In this document: in pieces, positions 28,924-44,299 of the stretch
Layout: each line of letters begins with the position of its first letter
How positions within the stretch are numbered: the first letter of the stretch is position 1
Origin: Octopus vulgaris
Taxonomy: Eukaryota
Assembly (NCBI GenBank): GCA_951406725.2
Contig: OX597817.1
Span: 82,832,001 to 82,896,000, forward strand
Direction of reading: 5' to 3'
DNA: 64,000 bases
The notes under the pieces: generated by a model
The model's database searches: none
What the model was told of the DNA's origin: nothing
What the model saw: the letters and a program-made list of their open reading frames with translations, nothing else
Program-made: the position numbers and the translations under genes

Positions 28924-30566
28924 TTCGTTAGTTGTAATACATTGTAAGTAGAACTGACTTAATATCGATGATTATCAAGCGATAAGCATATGTCTTCCTA
29001 TCTCTTTTTTTATCCAATAATGTCCCCCTATATTTATAACTTGAAACAAGCTGCTTATCACACTCTAAACTCATAACGCAATACTGAAATACCCGGATGC
29101 AAATTGGCTGATGTTGCCGTCTGAAAATTGTTTATCAGAAGCTGAGCATGGAAGTTGATTACTGTTTTATTAGAAAAGATCTCTCGACCTGTCTATTTAT
29201 CTATCTGTGTGTGTGTGTGTGTGTGTGTGTGTAAGCGTGTTTGTGCATGTGTGCGTGCGTGCGTGTATGTGTGTATGTGTATGTATGTGTGTTTGTGTGT
29301 TTGTAGTTCACCACACTCTTTTGCATTGCGTATTACAGAATTAGTAAATACACATACGCACAAATACACGCACATATATTTAGGATATGAAAGAGAAGCA
29401 GCTCTATGATGTTAACATACCGATATCATTTACTTAATATAGGTGTGTTATTTAAACACCTGGCACCGCAGTGTATTGTCCAGGAAAATCCTTTTAAAGA
29501 TATATAGAATTATAAACGCAATATATATCAGAGGTAGGCAAAACGAAGTCGCTCTGCAAGTGAATACGAGAGCGGTATTTCGGAGTAGTTGCAGATTGTC
29601 AATACCGCGCTCTCGATTCATTTCCAATACGAAATAGAAATTCCTGGCGTAAAGTTTATACAGATAGTGTAAAAACTACTTGCTGGTTTGCAATAGCACC
29701 ACGCAAATAAATTAAATTGAGATTAAGCAGAATTATTCCACTTGTGCAGTGCTTTTGCAAATCAGCAAATAGTTTTTAAACTCAGGTTACAGGTTTCGAT
29801 TCTCGTTTCGGAAGTATCTCGTGAGTGTGGTATTGACATACTGCAAATACAGCGATATATTATGTATTACTCTCGTGTTCACTGGTAGATCGATTTCGTT
29901 TAGTCTAGTTCTGATGCATATTTTGTTTGTTACAATATTATAAGTCATTAAAAGAATTTCGCCCACTCAATAATCCACAGCATCTAATGTTTACAAACAT
30001 TCACGTACGTTACGTATATGGTATCGAGAATATATATATATATATATACTGGAGCTACTTCTCCTCTCGTCATTGTTCGGGAAGCCATATTCTCCCATGT
30101 CTATATATATCTACTTCCATAAGATATGCATATTTATATACCTATATGGGTATTATTATGTAGACTGAGTACGTTCAGTATGTGTGTGTGTGTACGTTTG
30201 TGTGTGTGTGTGTATCTGTGTGCCTGTGTGTGTATGTATATACATATATATGTATTTGTATATGTATATATATTTATGAATGTATATGTGTATATACATA
30301 GATATACACATACACATATATATATATATATATATAACATAGAAATATTAAAATTTCTAAGTCTCTCTAAAGGAGACTACGGCAACAGTACTAGAAATTA
30401 ACAGTTATCGCCTAGCTAATATGGCAGTCCATAAATATAAGACTAAAGCTGCCGTTGATTAGCTCCAAGAGGCCATCGTCTCTAGCTAGCTACATGATAT
30501 ATGAACCTGTGTCCATTATAACCTTCGAACAGGGAGGGCCAACCGCTTCCCCTTGCTGGTCAGACA

Positions 30567-30609
30567 TCTGCAGACATGTTTCAGGGTATTTGCCCTTTAT
30601 CAATGCAGA
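30567..30609 (-). ncRNA. Minimal type I hammerhead, degenerate core
   Basis: Minus strand: TCTGCA TTGATAA AGGG caaata CCCT GAAA CAT GTC^ TGCAGA; perfect stems I and II, palindromic ACATGT, two core substitutions. Confidence 0.65.
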
Positions 30610-30827
30610 GAAGCCAGACCCAGCAGGCGTCTGTTCGAAGGATTATTTACCTAATTTCAGTGGAATACATCCACTGGTTTTCAAAAATAGAAATATAAAC
30701 AATTATCTGTCTAGATTTTTTAATATTTATGAGTGTCTCTATGTATACACCTATTGGTTTTCTATCGAATATATAGTGTATATGTATCTATAAATGAATA
30801 TACTTGTGCCTCCACACATCTGTATAT

Positions 30828-30992
30828 ACGACTGGCTTCTTTCAATTTCCGTCTACTAAACCACTCACAAGACTTTGATCGGCCGGAAGCTATAAGTAGA
30901 TGACACTTGCCCAATATGCCTCACAGTGAGACTGAACCCGGAACCATGTGGTTGGGAAGCAAGCCTCTTACCACACAGCTACTCTTGCGCCT
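30828..30992 (-). mobile_element. SINE family A 5' half
   Basis: Matches the head of 12545-12905. Confidence 0.85.
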
Positions 30993-31149
30993 ATAAATAT
31001 ATATATATATGTGTGTGTATGTGTGTGTACGCCCGTATGCATATCTTTTCTTCATTTGTATTTATATATGTATATACGAGTGGGTGTCTTTGTACAAGTG
31101 TGTATAACCTTATATACATCTACGTGTGTAATTCTATGTACATACATAT

Positions 31150-31325
31150 CTTCTTTTCTACTCTAGGCACAAAGCCCGAAATTTTGGGAGAGGGAACCAG
31201 TCGATTAGATTGATCCCAGTACGCAACTGGTACTTAATTTATCGACCCCGAAAGAACGTAAAGACAGACAAATACTGTTAATCATTTCGACCGGCGTGCT
31301 AATGTTTGTGCCAGCTCGCTGCCTT
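31150..31325 (-). mobile_element. SINE family B variant, internally deleted
   Basis: actggtacttaatttatcgaccccgaaag core and gccagctcgctgcc head. Confidence 0.8.
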
Positions 31326-31709
31326 CATATATGTACATATATGTACATATATAATTAAAAAAAAAATATATATATAAAATAAATAAATAAATAAATAAAT
31401 AAAATAAAATAATAATAATAAATATATATATATATATTATAAAATTTATAAGTTTAAATTATTTAAATAATTTTTTAAATTTTTACTTTAATTTAAATAT
31501 TTTAATTTGGAATTTTATATTTTTTATATTTCATATTTTATATTTTTTAAATTAATTTTATTTCTATGTATTGGCTTATGATTTTCACTGTTTGATTTGC
31601 CTAATAGTGGTTTTATCTCTAATTTAATATAATATATAATATATATTTATACTATAAAATTAGATTTAATCTAAATCTAATTTTTCCCTATAAGTTTGAA
31701 TTTACTCCC

Positions 31710-31769
<60 letters not shown>

Positions 31770-31889
31770 CATACATACATACATACATGCATACATACAT
31801 ACATACATATACACAAACAAGCGCACACATGTATGTGTGTATATACGCTGATAATAACAAGAAGGTGCTTTTTTTCACTCATTAAACTG

Positions 31890-32155
31890 AATGGAGATTT
31901 GGCCTAGGGGAACTGATGTCATCAGACGGTATCTAACCTTCATCGTGTGTTTCGATCCTGAACCATACACCCTTTCGTTGGTGGGTCGGCCAGATTACTG
32001 CTCTTCATTTCCTCCTGTCTTCCAGCTTAATTCCTCTCTCTTTCTGCACAACAGACAAGAGGCACTTTCAGCTGCCTCTCCTATTCTGTGCACAATCACC
32101 CTTCGCTCCTTATTTCTCATTCCAATGGCTGTAAGCATCCTCCATACTGCTAGTT
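31890..32155 (-). mobile_element. 3' end of a HERO-like (RLE, R2-group) non-LTR retrotransposon
   Basis: Minus frame AVWRMLTAIGMRNKERRVIVHRIGEAAESASCLLCRKREELSWK resembles the HERO C-terminus (..GEAAERAS.WLW..R); family recognised from memory. Confidence 0.6.
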
Positions 32156-32511
32156 CTTTCTCCTGTCATCTTACGTCCTATCATAGAAATTTCTTATATA
32201 CACCTTTTAAAATTTATCTTATTCTATTTCTTGGAAATCACTGAATTATATTTCCTACCTACGTGTATGCTTTGTCATTGGTAATGCTTCTTCTCTGTAT
32301 ATACATCAATGTAAATGTTTTCTTAATAAATTGTACTTCATGTTTGAAGTTTTGATGAAGCCGTAGGGGAATACTCAAGCACTCAACTATGAGTGCATTG
32401 CACCTTATACCAGAAGCATCTATAAGTGTTCCTTTGTCATAGCAATTTCTTGTTACCATTCTGTATTTGACTGACGCTTCGTTCTGAAAGTTATATCTGA
32501 GCGAAATATCA

Positions 32512-32548
<37 letters not shown>

Positions 32549-34439
32549 AACGAACGTAGTATGTATGTGTGTGTATGTATGTATGTATGTATGTATGTAT
32601 GTACGTACGTATGTATCTATGAATTTATGTGTAGTGTGTGAATGGGTGTAAGAATTTGGCGATGCGAACATGTTCAGTATATAGGCACCTATGTAAATCT
32701 ATGTTTTGTGCATGTATTAAACAATAAACAATAGCTTGCATTTGATATATATCGAGATTATAATTAAAAATGTCTATGTTTGTGATGAAAGTTAAAACTT
32801 GTGTTTCATCTCTTGGTTTATGTCGATTTGTCTTTAACTTGAGTCCAATTTAACTTCCTTTACTCGTCGAACGAGGTAAATCATAAAAGAAATGAAAGAG
32901 AAGGTATCAATTTTTATAGCATTCATGAGGATTGCGCATCATACATTCAAAGTAAATGACGTCAGCAGAAGGAATTAAGCATTGCAGATTATACACTGCA
33001 GTGGAGGAAACGAAAAAAAAATCTGTTTTTGTTTTTGGCATGTTATTATTGATTTCGAATTTTGCTACAAGACCAGCAATTTTGGAGGAGGGTACAAGTC
33101 GATTGCATCGACCACAGTGTTAGACTGGTTCTTATTTTATCGACCCCGAAAAGATGAAAGGCCAATTCGACCTCGGCGGAATTTGAAATCAGAACGGGAA
33201 GATGGACGAAATGCTAAGCATTTTAACTGGCGTGCTAACGATTCTGTAAGCTGGCCGCCTTTTTTTGCACTTATTATAACTACCATTATATTTTCGTTCT
33301 GATTTCAAAACCCGCCGTGGACAGTTTCACTTCTCATTCTTTCCGGGATCAATAAAATATGCCCCAGTTGAGCACTGGTATCGATGTACTCGACTAGACC
33401 CCACACAACAAAAAGTTTCAGGTATTATGCCTATTGTAGGAAGTGGAATGGCAGAATTGTTAGGGTGTCACATAAAATGCTTTGCAGTATTTCTTCCGAC
33501 TAGTTATTTACGTTCTAGGATGAAATGTCGTCTTTGTCATTCATCCCTCTGGTTAATAAAACATAGTAACAGTTAAATACTGGGGTTGGAATAATAGTGT
33601 ACCCACCTGTCACGCCTTCAATTTCCAATCCTTGTGCGCAGATTCTAAAGTATAACAATTATCTATATAATAATACATATAAAAAAGTAATGGACAATAT
33701 AGGGGTCTGGTCACAGTTGTTTGAGGTACGCTTTTTTCTCAGAGTTCATTTGATTGACAGAATTACAGCACTAGGTATTGAGAATAACAAAATTGGGAAC
33801 TCAGCCTCGGTTGCGCACAGTTCTCAGTTTACAAGTTGTTAGGTTATGTGGCCGATTTTACGCAAAACCTTATATTCTGTAGAAAATTAATGATGTGCAA
33901 ATGAAACATGGCTCTGATGGAGAAGTTAAGAGTCGACAACAATGATCTGGTTTCTCTATTGCAGAAATCTTTCAGCTCAAAATCTATTGGAAAATTCTTC
34001 TGGCTTTTCTGCAGGAGAAGAGAGGTATTGTGGATATAGTACTTGATATGTAATATTCCAACCAAACTTGTTATTATACATATAATTTGCATCCCCCTAG
34101 TTGATGTTAAATATAGTTTGATCCGATCCTCTTGCTTCGATTGTATTCTTCAAGTTGCTTTATACGGTAAGTGTACTTGAAATATAGCTTTTATCATAAT
34201 TATTGTTGCAAATGTTTCTGCAAGTATTACCTTTATTCTAACTGAAGTTTCGTTCTATGTAGCAATTTTGTTGATAAAAATATTTAATCTTATACATAAG
34301 CTAAACATATTCAGTTTATAATAATACAAATTTTGTTCAGCCATAAAATGTAATAATTGTTATTGTTATTATATAATAATTATTAATTGCTTTCATCTAG
34401 GATTGTTTTCTCGAGTGCATTTTAGCAATTTAGGAAGCA

Positions 34440-36062
34440 TGCCAGATATTATTAAGAACTCCAAATTAAAAACCAGTGAAAATACTTAGAAGCCACTCCC
34501 TAAACAATGACGTAATTTGGAAGAGACAGAATTCATATTTACAATCTGGGTGTTTTGCTTTCTTTGAAACATCTGAAACTTACTGACATAATGCGCGATA
34601 CGCAACGATGTTTTAGGGGAGGCCTCTTACCCTGAAAGATAATAATACTCGTGTATTTTCCACATAACATGTGGATCAAAAATAAATGAAATCTGTTCAT
34701 TTTTGAGCTTTGTATCTGAAGTTATCTGTTGTGAGAAATAAAATTAAACGTGAAAATATTCGTGATCAACCAGATGCAATTCTAAATTCACGATTTTAAA
34801 CCACTCTGTGAGATTTTAAAACAGTCTTTCGTCTTCATACTGAGCCAATTTTATTTATATTCGTTCTCATCGCTTTGTGGAGAGGCATAGTCGATTGAAT
34901 GGAACCCAGTGCTTAGCCAGTGCTTATTTTATCTACCTCGAATGGGATGAAAGGCACTGAGGACTTAGGTAGAATTCTAACTCGGAACATAAAGACGAAC
35001 GAAGTGGCGCTAAGTATTTTGTGTGACGTGCTTGCCGCTTCTCTCACCGTATATAATAATAGTAGTAATGAAGGTGATGACTCCTTTGTGGGAGATAATG
35101 AAAAGTGAACTGATTAAACAGAGGGGGCAATATAAGCAAAACTTCTTGATGTGGCGAGGATAAACAGTTCATTCTGTACCTACATCTCTTTCTACGGTAT
35201 CTGAAGTTAATAATAATGTACAAGGAGAAAGAAGGCACACAATTTTGCAAGAAACTTTTTGACATTTATAATTGCATAGAGACCATAACTATTTCTAACT
35301 GGTTACAAGTAGTAAAACTAGATAAACATCTTGGTAATCATTTGTTTGTAATGCAATACAAGTTTAAAATTACATATTTCCAATCCAGTCAATTACTTTC
35401 GTACCATACATTTTACATCTATCCTCATTTTGAACTTTGATGAGCCGGAATAGTGAATCTGATTTTCAACAACAGTGACGTAACTAGCTTAATCACACAC
35501 ACATACACTTGGCCTCTGTGCCACTATCATCCCCAATCCGTACTCAGGGCACTGCCTTGGCGGAAAGCCCGTGGAACAACAAAAGTTCTAACATTCAACC
35601 TGGTATTATTTATAAGTAAGCTTCTGTTAACTTCAGTGAATCTAATAGAAGGTATTCACATCTTTTAGATGCCTTATCTTTCTTAACAGATGTCTTTATC
35701 TTTCTGTAGTATTGTATGTATTGCATCTGGTTGGTCATCAACATTTTCAAGTTTATTCTTATATCTCGCAACAAGGTGGAACGATAAAAAAATGAACAGA
35801 TTTTGTTAATTTTTGAGATCCACACGCTATGATGAAAGTACACAAGTATTGTTAACAATCTTTCAAGGTAAGGGACTTCTCCGTAGAAATAGTTGCATAT
35901 CAGAGTGCTTGCCAACAAATTTAAGATGTTTTAAAGAGAATGAAGTCTTCAGACTTGTAAATATTATTTCTGTCTCTTGTAATTTACGTTATTGCTTAAG
36001 CTTGTGATTTCTAAATATTTTCACTCTCTTTTATTTTGAAGTTCTTGCGAATATCTTGCACG
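34440..36062. repeat. Old inverted repeat pair (~340-bp arms, roughly 70% identical by eye, ~940-bp spacer)
   Basis: 34440-34780 aligns to the reverse complement of 35722-36062 (e.g. aaatctgttcattttt, caaccagatgcaat, aagagacagaa). Confidence 0.8.
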
Positions 36063-39000
36063 GTTTGAGCGAATTTCAATATAATAATCTTCATCAAACA
36101 TACATATGTCTGATTCCTTCTATGTTGCATATTAGTCGTCCTCAAGGAGACTGGGTTCACGGTTACAGAGAACAAAGAATGGAAGGAAAGAGAGAGATAG
36201 AAAGTGAAGAGAAAGAGAAGGAGAGGGAGGAAGAGACAGATTCATAGGGATAGATATAGACCGAAATAGATCAACAGATCTATAAACTCCAGTCCTGTTA
36301 TCAAATGTCAATACATTAAGAAACCCAGTTGTTATATTCTTTATGTATTTTTCATAAATGGTCCTTTTCATTGTCCGCTTCCGCGGTTAGACAAGATCAT
36401 TTGCAAGATCACTAGTAATCCATGCACAGATTCGATCACTCGGTTAAAAAACTCCTAACAATGATTATGTATTTGCATTGATTTCAAATGTTGACTCCAG
36501 ACTAATAAGTTCAGGGGACGGAATAAGTCTTTTACATTGATCACAATGATCAACTAGTACTTATTTTATCGATCCCGAAAGGATGAAAAGTAGAGTCAAC
36601 CTCGAAGGAAGTTGAATGTAGATTACTTATCCATATTACAAATAAAAATAAAAATATTGTTATGAATTAAAAGGAAAATAAGAAACCCAAAGATTCAAAG
36701 ACTGAAAACTCGGCTTCAACGATTTGTCTTATTTAAGAGTTCTAATCGTTTGTCAAATATTTCGATTTGCTTTTGTGTGTTGAAACTAAAGCAGCAACAT
36801 CGTGGAAAATTAATGAAAATAAATGACATCAAAAACATCAAACCCACCTCTCTCAGGGGCTCAGCAAATGTTATGGGCATTGATCGATCTCCCAGACATA
36901 GCAAGTAAAATGATATCGGTATTTGTGAACTCTGCAAATAACATAGTTTCAAAATTATCGTTATACCTTAATAATTTTAATTATTTTATCATTATCACTA
37001 CTTCATTCCAAAAGTTCTTATGGTCAGGAATAGTCAGTCTGCACAGTTTTTATTAAAACCTAATCTTGGTTAGTTTATGCACTCTGAGCCAATCATTTTG
37101 CGTGTAACCAGATATGTACATCAACAAGATAAAGTAATGAATGTGCTTTCACCGTTATCGAGGTTGTATATTTGTGACACATCGTTTATGAAGGTTATTA
37201 TTAAGGGTTATTGTTCAGTTTGGTAGTTTCCAGCATAAGAGAGTCAGTCTTTTCTTATAGGTTTGATATAGATTATATGTAATTTTATTGAAATATCTTT
37301 GGTTTGGCTAATAAATCGATAGATTAACTTTACCCATATCTCTCTGAGCCAGTACAGATAATCGCTTGCTGGCTTTGACCATCTTGAAAAATAGTTAATA
37401 GTTGAACTATGCAGCCAATATTGTCTGGAAATCTGAATTTATCTATACCAATTTATTTCATTGCACTAACTGAAACGGATTCAAATTTGAGGTATGGTGC
37501 CTTAGTCAATGTTTCGGGGTTTTACTTTTAGTCAGCAAGCACAAAATATAATGTAAGCAGAGATATCACTTTCCGAAGGTACACAAGAAAAAAAACTTAC
37601 TGATTAATGTGATTGCTACAGCAATTTCATGATGTTCACGAATATTTTCGACTCTATGCTATCGCTAGATTCTTCAAAGACTTCTGAGGATACGCATTAC
37701 AACTCTTTTTCATTCCACAGTGTAGAACTTTTTAAGGAACAACCATCCTCTTTCTATGGTAGCATAACTTATTATTGACAATGTAGAGAGGCTTAAAGGC
37801 ACAGCAGAAATTAGTCTTTTTGTTGTATCCACCGAACCATGTCGATACACATGTTTGGCTTGGAACTTGAATAATGCTTGATAATGCTTAATAATGTGCA
37901 CGTCCCTCTTTATGGAAAATGAACCCAATATCCATAAAACCGCCAAGACATGCATGGTTATTTAGGAAATTAAAATTACCTTCAACTGAATAGTGCTTGC
38001 TAATGTGTGCACTCATATTTATCGAAGATGAACTCGATATCAATAAAAACATCGAGATAGGGATCAGTACTTAGAAAATTAAAAATATCTCCAAATGCTT
38101 GTCGTTGTACACATTCCTGTTCATTAGGGAGTTGGGACTATATCAGCTATTCAATCGATCGATAAAAGAAAATTTACGATAATGGATTACAACAATAAAT
38201 AGATACATAACAAGGTTTTACATTTATATGTGCATGCATATATGTATGTACCATTCAACTACGGTAGTAGTTGAATCATATTCTTAAGGCCGCAATTTGC
38301 TCACACGCAGCATCTTCAGAGTTTTGTTGCTAATTCAGTTCTTAACCAAATTAAAAACTGTTGATATTTTTGAAGAGGTCTGGTCCTTAGCTACCCTTTG
38401 GCATTAAAGAATTGAGATTTGGTCTAGTAGAAAAAAGTTTACATCGAAATTTGTAACAACATTATAGGAGAGTAAGTAATGCTTCCAATCAAGTTTAGAT
38501 CTAAATAACGGTTTTATTTTAAAAGCAAAATATATTAATCTTAGCTTCCATGATAGAAGGCATGAGGAATTTCATAGCTTTACTTCCATGCAACAAAAAT
38601 TTGTATAAAAAGTTGTGAGGTAAAATATCATGAAACAAAGATAAGGCAAAAAATTGGATTTAAGTATAATTATCTTTTTTATTTTAAAAACAAACTATAT
38701 TTTAATTAAGCTTAAATGACAGAGCACAATTGGAGAAATTTCATGTTATCACTCTCATGCAATGAAGTATTAATAGAAAAAAGTTATGAGTGTTTGTTTC
38801 TCAAATTTGAGCGTGATAATATAGTTATATATTTTTTATGAATACAGTTCTATAAGGAGATTTTTTATATATGTCACCGGTATCATTGAGCTAAGGAGAA
38901 ATTTTATCAACAACACTGCTAATTTGCAATTAGTTTAATTATGTCATCTGTATCAATTAATGCAATTATATCATGTATACACAGTCCCGTAATATTTGAA

Positions 39001-40042
39001 ACGAGAAAGAAGTTTTAAAAGAAAAAAGTTATGCGTGTTTGTTTCTCAAATTTGAGGATTATAACTCTCAATAGTCCAAAGTTCTTAAGAACATTTTATA
39101 TATAAACAAAAACAAAATGGTGCTGCCCAAAAAACAAAAGAAAAAGAACTGCGTTATCAATTGAAAAACATTTCAACAGCAAGCGCACAGACTGCACCGG
39201 TCTTAACTGTAATGACAAACCAGAAACATGAAACATGAAGACAGTTACTATCTGCCCAACTCCACTACAACCATACCAATGGGTGTATAAGATATGGAAA
39301 TTTCTACTGCACCCTGTATCTGCTGGACATTTACAACTAAGATACCTTAATGGCGTCGGATACATCTAATGGAACATGAATATTTTAAAGATAAAGCAAC
39401 CCACAACCTTGTAATAATGGATTAAGACAATGCAGAGATTTATATTTCTATCGAACTTTTAACGTAACAAAGTATTAAAGTCTACATAATTAGAAAATTC
39501 TTCAAAATTGCAATCTTTTACGATCCCTTTTAATGTGTTTCTGCACAACAAAGCCAAATCACAAAATAAAATCAAATTCACTTTGATGCTTATGTTCTGT
39601 CACGTCTTTGAATTTGTTAATTTTTTCCCTTATTTCCTGTGGCACAGGACATGACAAGGTGTATAATAGATAAATCATCTTGTAATATTTACGAGCAATT
39701 TTTTTTCAGTAATACAACTGTGCAATTGTTTTTGTTTAGCTTTTACTGAATAATAAAACCTTAAAATTTCCAATTTTAATATACATTCCATAAAAATATT
39801 TCACGTTTTTCTGTGACAAGGTTGTTAGTTTTAATAATGATTTAGGTATAATAATTTTCAACACATTACTGAAATCCTCTTTTTGCATATTTTATAGATT
39901 GTGTTCCTTTTTGTCTTCCTTTTAATCGTTGTCTTCAAATAATTCTATTCTATTATGCGCTTGAAACAAAAGTCAATTCCAAGCTGGGGAAATTGAAAAA
40001 AGAAGAAGAAAGAGAAAAGAAAAGATAAGAACTCACCGCCTG

Positions 40043-40074
<32 letters not shown>

Positions 40075-40166
40075 TGTATGTATGTATGTATGTATGTATG
40101 TATGTATTTATGTATGTATGTATGTATGTATGTATGTATGTATGTATGTATGTATGTATGTGTATG

Positions 40167-40284
<118 letters not shown>

Positions 40285-40589
40285 CAGATAGATACTACTA
40301 ATATAGGATAAAATTTTCTTCAGAAAATTTTTTTTTATCAAAAGTGGCACTATAATTCACTCTTCCTCCTTGACGCTCTTGTTGGTCACACGTTACGTCC
40401 GGCTATCTTTCTTTTCTCCTCCTTACGCTACAAGAGACAAGACGCATATGTGCCTGTCTCTTGTCAAAGCTTATTTCTCCAGCGGTCACCACTTCACCTC
40501 GTTAAGGCTTAACAGTCCTTAACGTTTGTTTTTACTTTCCTGTTTTTGTTACCACTTTAATATCTCCAAAATCCCAATTTTTTAAAATT

Positions 40590-40848
40590 TGCTTTGCGGA
40601 TGTGAATGTTTTGACGAAGACGCATCTTGTCCTAACGTCCGAAATGCGGAGTAGATAAAACAAGGGAAAACTGATGAAAGGATTGTTCTTTATGTTGCCT
40701 GTCTCGTTTCTCAATTTGGTTCTTTCGTTGTTGGACAAAAGGTTTGTTTCCATGTTTTTGTTTTTCATGTTCACGTCTTTTGACGTCCTATACCCATATA
40801 TGCATGTGTATATACATATATATGTAGGTATATATATGTATGTATATA

Positions 40849-40850
<2 letters not shown>
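40590..40850 (+). repeat. PLE-terminus-like repeat with degenerate HHR-like motif
   Basis: TTGACGA a GACG..CGTC c GAAA at 40611-40644; 3' part homologous to 17403-17570; ends at (TA)n. Confidence 0.55.
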
Positions 40851-40896
<46 letters not shown>

Positions 40897-40970
40897 ACAT
40901 CTTTTAAAATTGCATTTTCAAACCTTTCATATATAATTCCACCCGTGCGGTACCTTACAACTTCACTTTG

Positions 40971-41079
<109 letters not shown>

Positions 41080-43090
41080 CGAATAGTGAGTACATATGTA
41101 TGTGTGTGTGTGAGTGAGAGAGCGAGAGAAAGATGGAGAGAGAGAGAATGACAAGCGAAGAAATGTTCGGAGACTAAAGATAGAGGTTGTGTATAGAGGC
41201 CTTGTTGAGAGCTAGATTTATGCTAAGAGTGTAGAGGAAAGTAAGGTGAAAAAGGGTGAAGCGGATTTGTGGAATAGCAGGGCTTTTAGGCTCGTTTATC
41301 TGAAATCCAGATCTGCTTGAAAAGAGATGTGCTCCCCTTCCCTTTCCCAGTTTACATTTGCATTGTTGTTGCTCAACTGTCACTAATTAGATTGAAGCTT
41401 AATGTACACAGATGTGTTCGAGAGTATTAGTTTAGGTTGAACGTAGCATGAGATATTTAATGACCTCTGGGATGTCATTATATCTAAGTGCTCTGGTCCT
41501 TCTCAGTATTTCTTCTTTCGAATGTCTCTCGAATACTTTTCGCATTGATACCGTCTCTTCAATAAGCAGCTTGGTCTCATCCATTTTGCTTCAGATCTGT
41601 CATCAGGCCACGGGGTAGAATACTTCTGTAGTCGGTAGAAAGATCTACTGTTAATAATTCTTAAGAAAGTCATAGTAATAATATTTTCTTTTATATCATG
41701 TTCTTAAATCTTCTTTGTGTTCTTACTCTTTCATTCTTAAATTTGACTGTTTTGTTCAGGCTCGGACTTTGTTGGTCCGCATTCTATAGCTGTTTTACGT
41801 CAATATTTTTGTTCTACTTGTTGTCTACATTGATTTTTGTTGCTCGCTTTTTGTTTCGTTACTTATAATTTCGTTATGTTTTCTTTCTTTTAAATACTAT
41901 TTCAGTTTCTGATATTTTTCCGTATTGGGAAAGTATTAACTTTTTAAGTTAGCCAATTTCTCATAGTTCACAACCCTTTTTAGTTCTGCGCTCATTTACT
42001 TCCAAATTGTATATGAGAATATTGAAGTAGTTACGTGTTGTGTTGCGTGTGGCTGGGAAATATGCATGTAGACCAGAAGTATATTCCACTCATTTCCATT
42101 TACCTTTTTCTGTTTTATTTGCGGAGATGTGAGGTGTGAAATACCTTCCCTTTATTTAAAATATTATTTTCTTCCAGTATTGGTTTATTTCTTTCAAATA
42201 CGGACGAGTTTTTCACGCGGAATATTTCATACTTCGCATACACCAGAATTAAAGGACGAATTCATGTTTTATTAAGTTTATGCTGAATGATTCAGTTCAT
42301 ATTTTTTAAATATTTCTATTATTTATATGCGTATAGGGGGCGGCATCGTTCTATTACTGATATGAATCATGTTCCGATATTTTGTTTACATGTGATATAA
42401 GATTGCCGAATACTATGGACATTTGTGATATATCAATTATACGAGGGAAAGATCGATAAATTTTATTACAACTATTACATACACAGTTATCTTTAAACAT
42501 CTTCGTAGTCTTGGGTGTTTGATTTTATTGTCCTTTTTTTAATCGTTGCTTTTGGACAGTTTTTGGAGCAATAAAGCGTGTTTCTATTTTTTTATTCTTT
42601 TTCTTGTAGTTCTCAACTTTTTTTTGTGAGAAATCAATATTTGTTTTCATTTTTATGAGAAATCATCACCATCGTTGTCGTAGTCGTTTTTATTATATAT
42701 ATTTGCATAGAATCATTCATATGAAAATGGATATGAAAGTGCAGCTGAAAAATAGCCAAATACTTGAAAGCTAGCAGACTGTCCCAGCAATGTTGGTGTA
42801 TTACATCAAACTGACATAAAACATTCAAGTTTGTTATGAGAATGATTTAGTTGCGATTTCTAGTATGGTATGCTATCACGTGGAGGACAATCTCGTTGTC
42901 TCGTAGATGTATAGATATATGTATTCATACACATGACAGTAGGATGTGGTTAGAAGGGAATTTACGGGTAATTTCCATCTAGCTACCATGGAGATATACC
43001 AAGATAGATAGGTACACATATAAAAACATGGATACATATACGCATACATACACAGATACATAATGCACCCACCTACCCACCCACACACAC

Positions 43091-43130
<40 letters not shown>

Positions 43131-43510
43131 GAGGGTGAACTCAAAGATTCACAGCTCTAGCATCACTCTTTCATACTCAGGCTATGAATCTTCACTGTAT
43201 TACTATTTTCTCTCCTCTCCCTTCACAGATACTACTCTTTATCTTTAGCCATTCTACTATTTTACTTGTAGAAGGTTATTTTGTAAACAAAAGATTTGCT
43301 TTTTATTTTTATTTTCGTTTGATATTACCATATTATTAAGTTTAAATAAACATATTTATTACTTTTTAGTGGATAATATATCGGTTTGTAGTTATTAATT
43401 TTTAAATTTTTCATTAAATAACCCTATTATTTTTGTAGTTAATATCTGTTTCATTAAATGTACCTGTCTTTTGTAGATATTTACATATCGGGAATAGTAA
43501 TGTTAATAAA

Positions 43511-43703
43511 ACGCTGGCAGAATCGTTAGCACGCCGGGCGAAATGCTTACATTCTGAGTTCAAATTCCGCCGAGGTCAACTTTACCTTTCATCCTTTCGG
43601 GGTCGATTAAATGAGTACCAGTTACGCACTGGAGTCGATGCAATCGACTTAATCCATTTGTCCTTGTTTGTCTTCTCTATGTTTAGCCCCTGTGGGCAAT
43701 AAA
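43511..43703 (+). mobile_element. SINE family B
   Basis: Reverse complement of 9217-9470 with an internal deletion. Confidence 0.85.
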
Positions 43704-43844
43704 GTTATATACATATTTATATATATTTTCTAGTTTTGAATATCTGGCGTTCTTGTTATCTTTCTTTTATTTGTTCGTTCATGTCCGGGCTACGAAAGAT
43801 CTTTGTATATTTTTGTTGGTCGTAATTATTCATACCAGTAGGTA

Positions 43845-43934
43845 ATTCCTGACGAGGAATCTAAGTTTTATTTCATGAAGAGTTTTTCGCTTTTGTCTTT
43901 GGAATTAATTAAACTCCGAAACAATTTGTAAAAT
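43845..43934 (+). ncRNA. Hammerhead motif, long stem II, decayed stems
   Basis: ATTC CTGACGA GGA..TCC GAAA CAATTT GTA^ AAAT; intact core, near-palindromic stem III. Confidence 0.55.
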
Positions 43935-44016
43935 GTATGTAGGTTCTGTACCAACTTGGATTTGAAGTGAATTAAAGTTCGTCTACACTTACAAATTTTC
44001 CTTTCCTTATACTTCA

Positions 44017-44068
<52 letters not shown>

Positions 44069-44152
44069 AAATAATAAGGGTGAAAAATAAAATATTAATT
44101 TGATTAATATCAATTTAAAACAAGTGGTCTAGCATATAGAAAAACCTGAAGA

Positions 44153-44199
<47 letters not shown>

Positions 44200-44299
44200 A
44201 AAAGACGAAGGCAGGTGGTGTACAAACAAACAAATGTATTAGTATAGCGCTCAGGAATAGAAAAAGTATTTTACGTTTCGAGCCTACGCTCTTCTACAG

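Noticed and set aside
38540-39060. Spaced repeats (aaaaagttatg.gtgtttgtttctcaaatttgag) as a CRISPR-like array
   Set aside because: Only 2-3 irregular, diverged copies in eukaryotic DNA; more likely internal repeats of a decayed DNA transposon
41170-41800. Possible LINE ORF1 or 5' relic on the minus strand (MDETKLLIEE..)
   Set aside because: No motif I can identify with confidence
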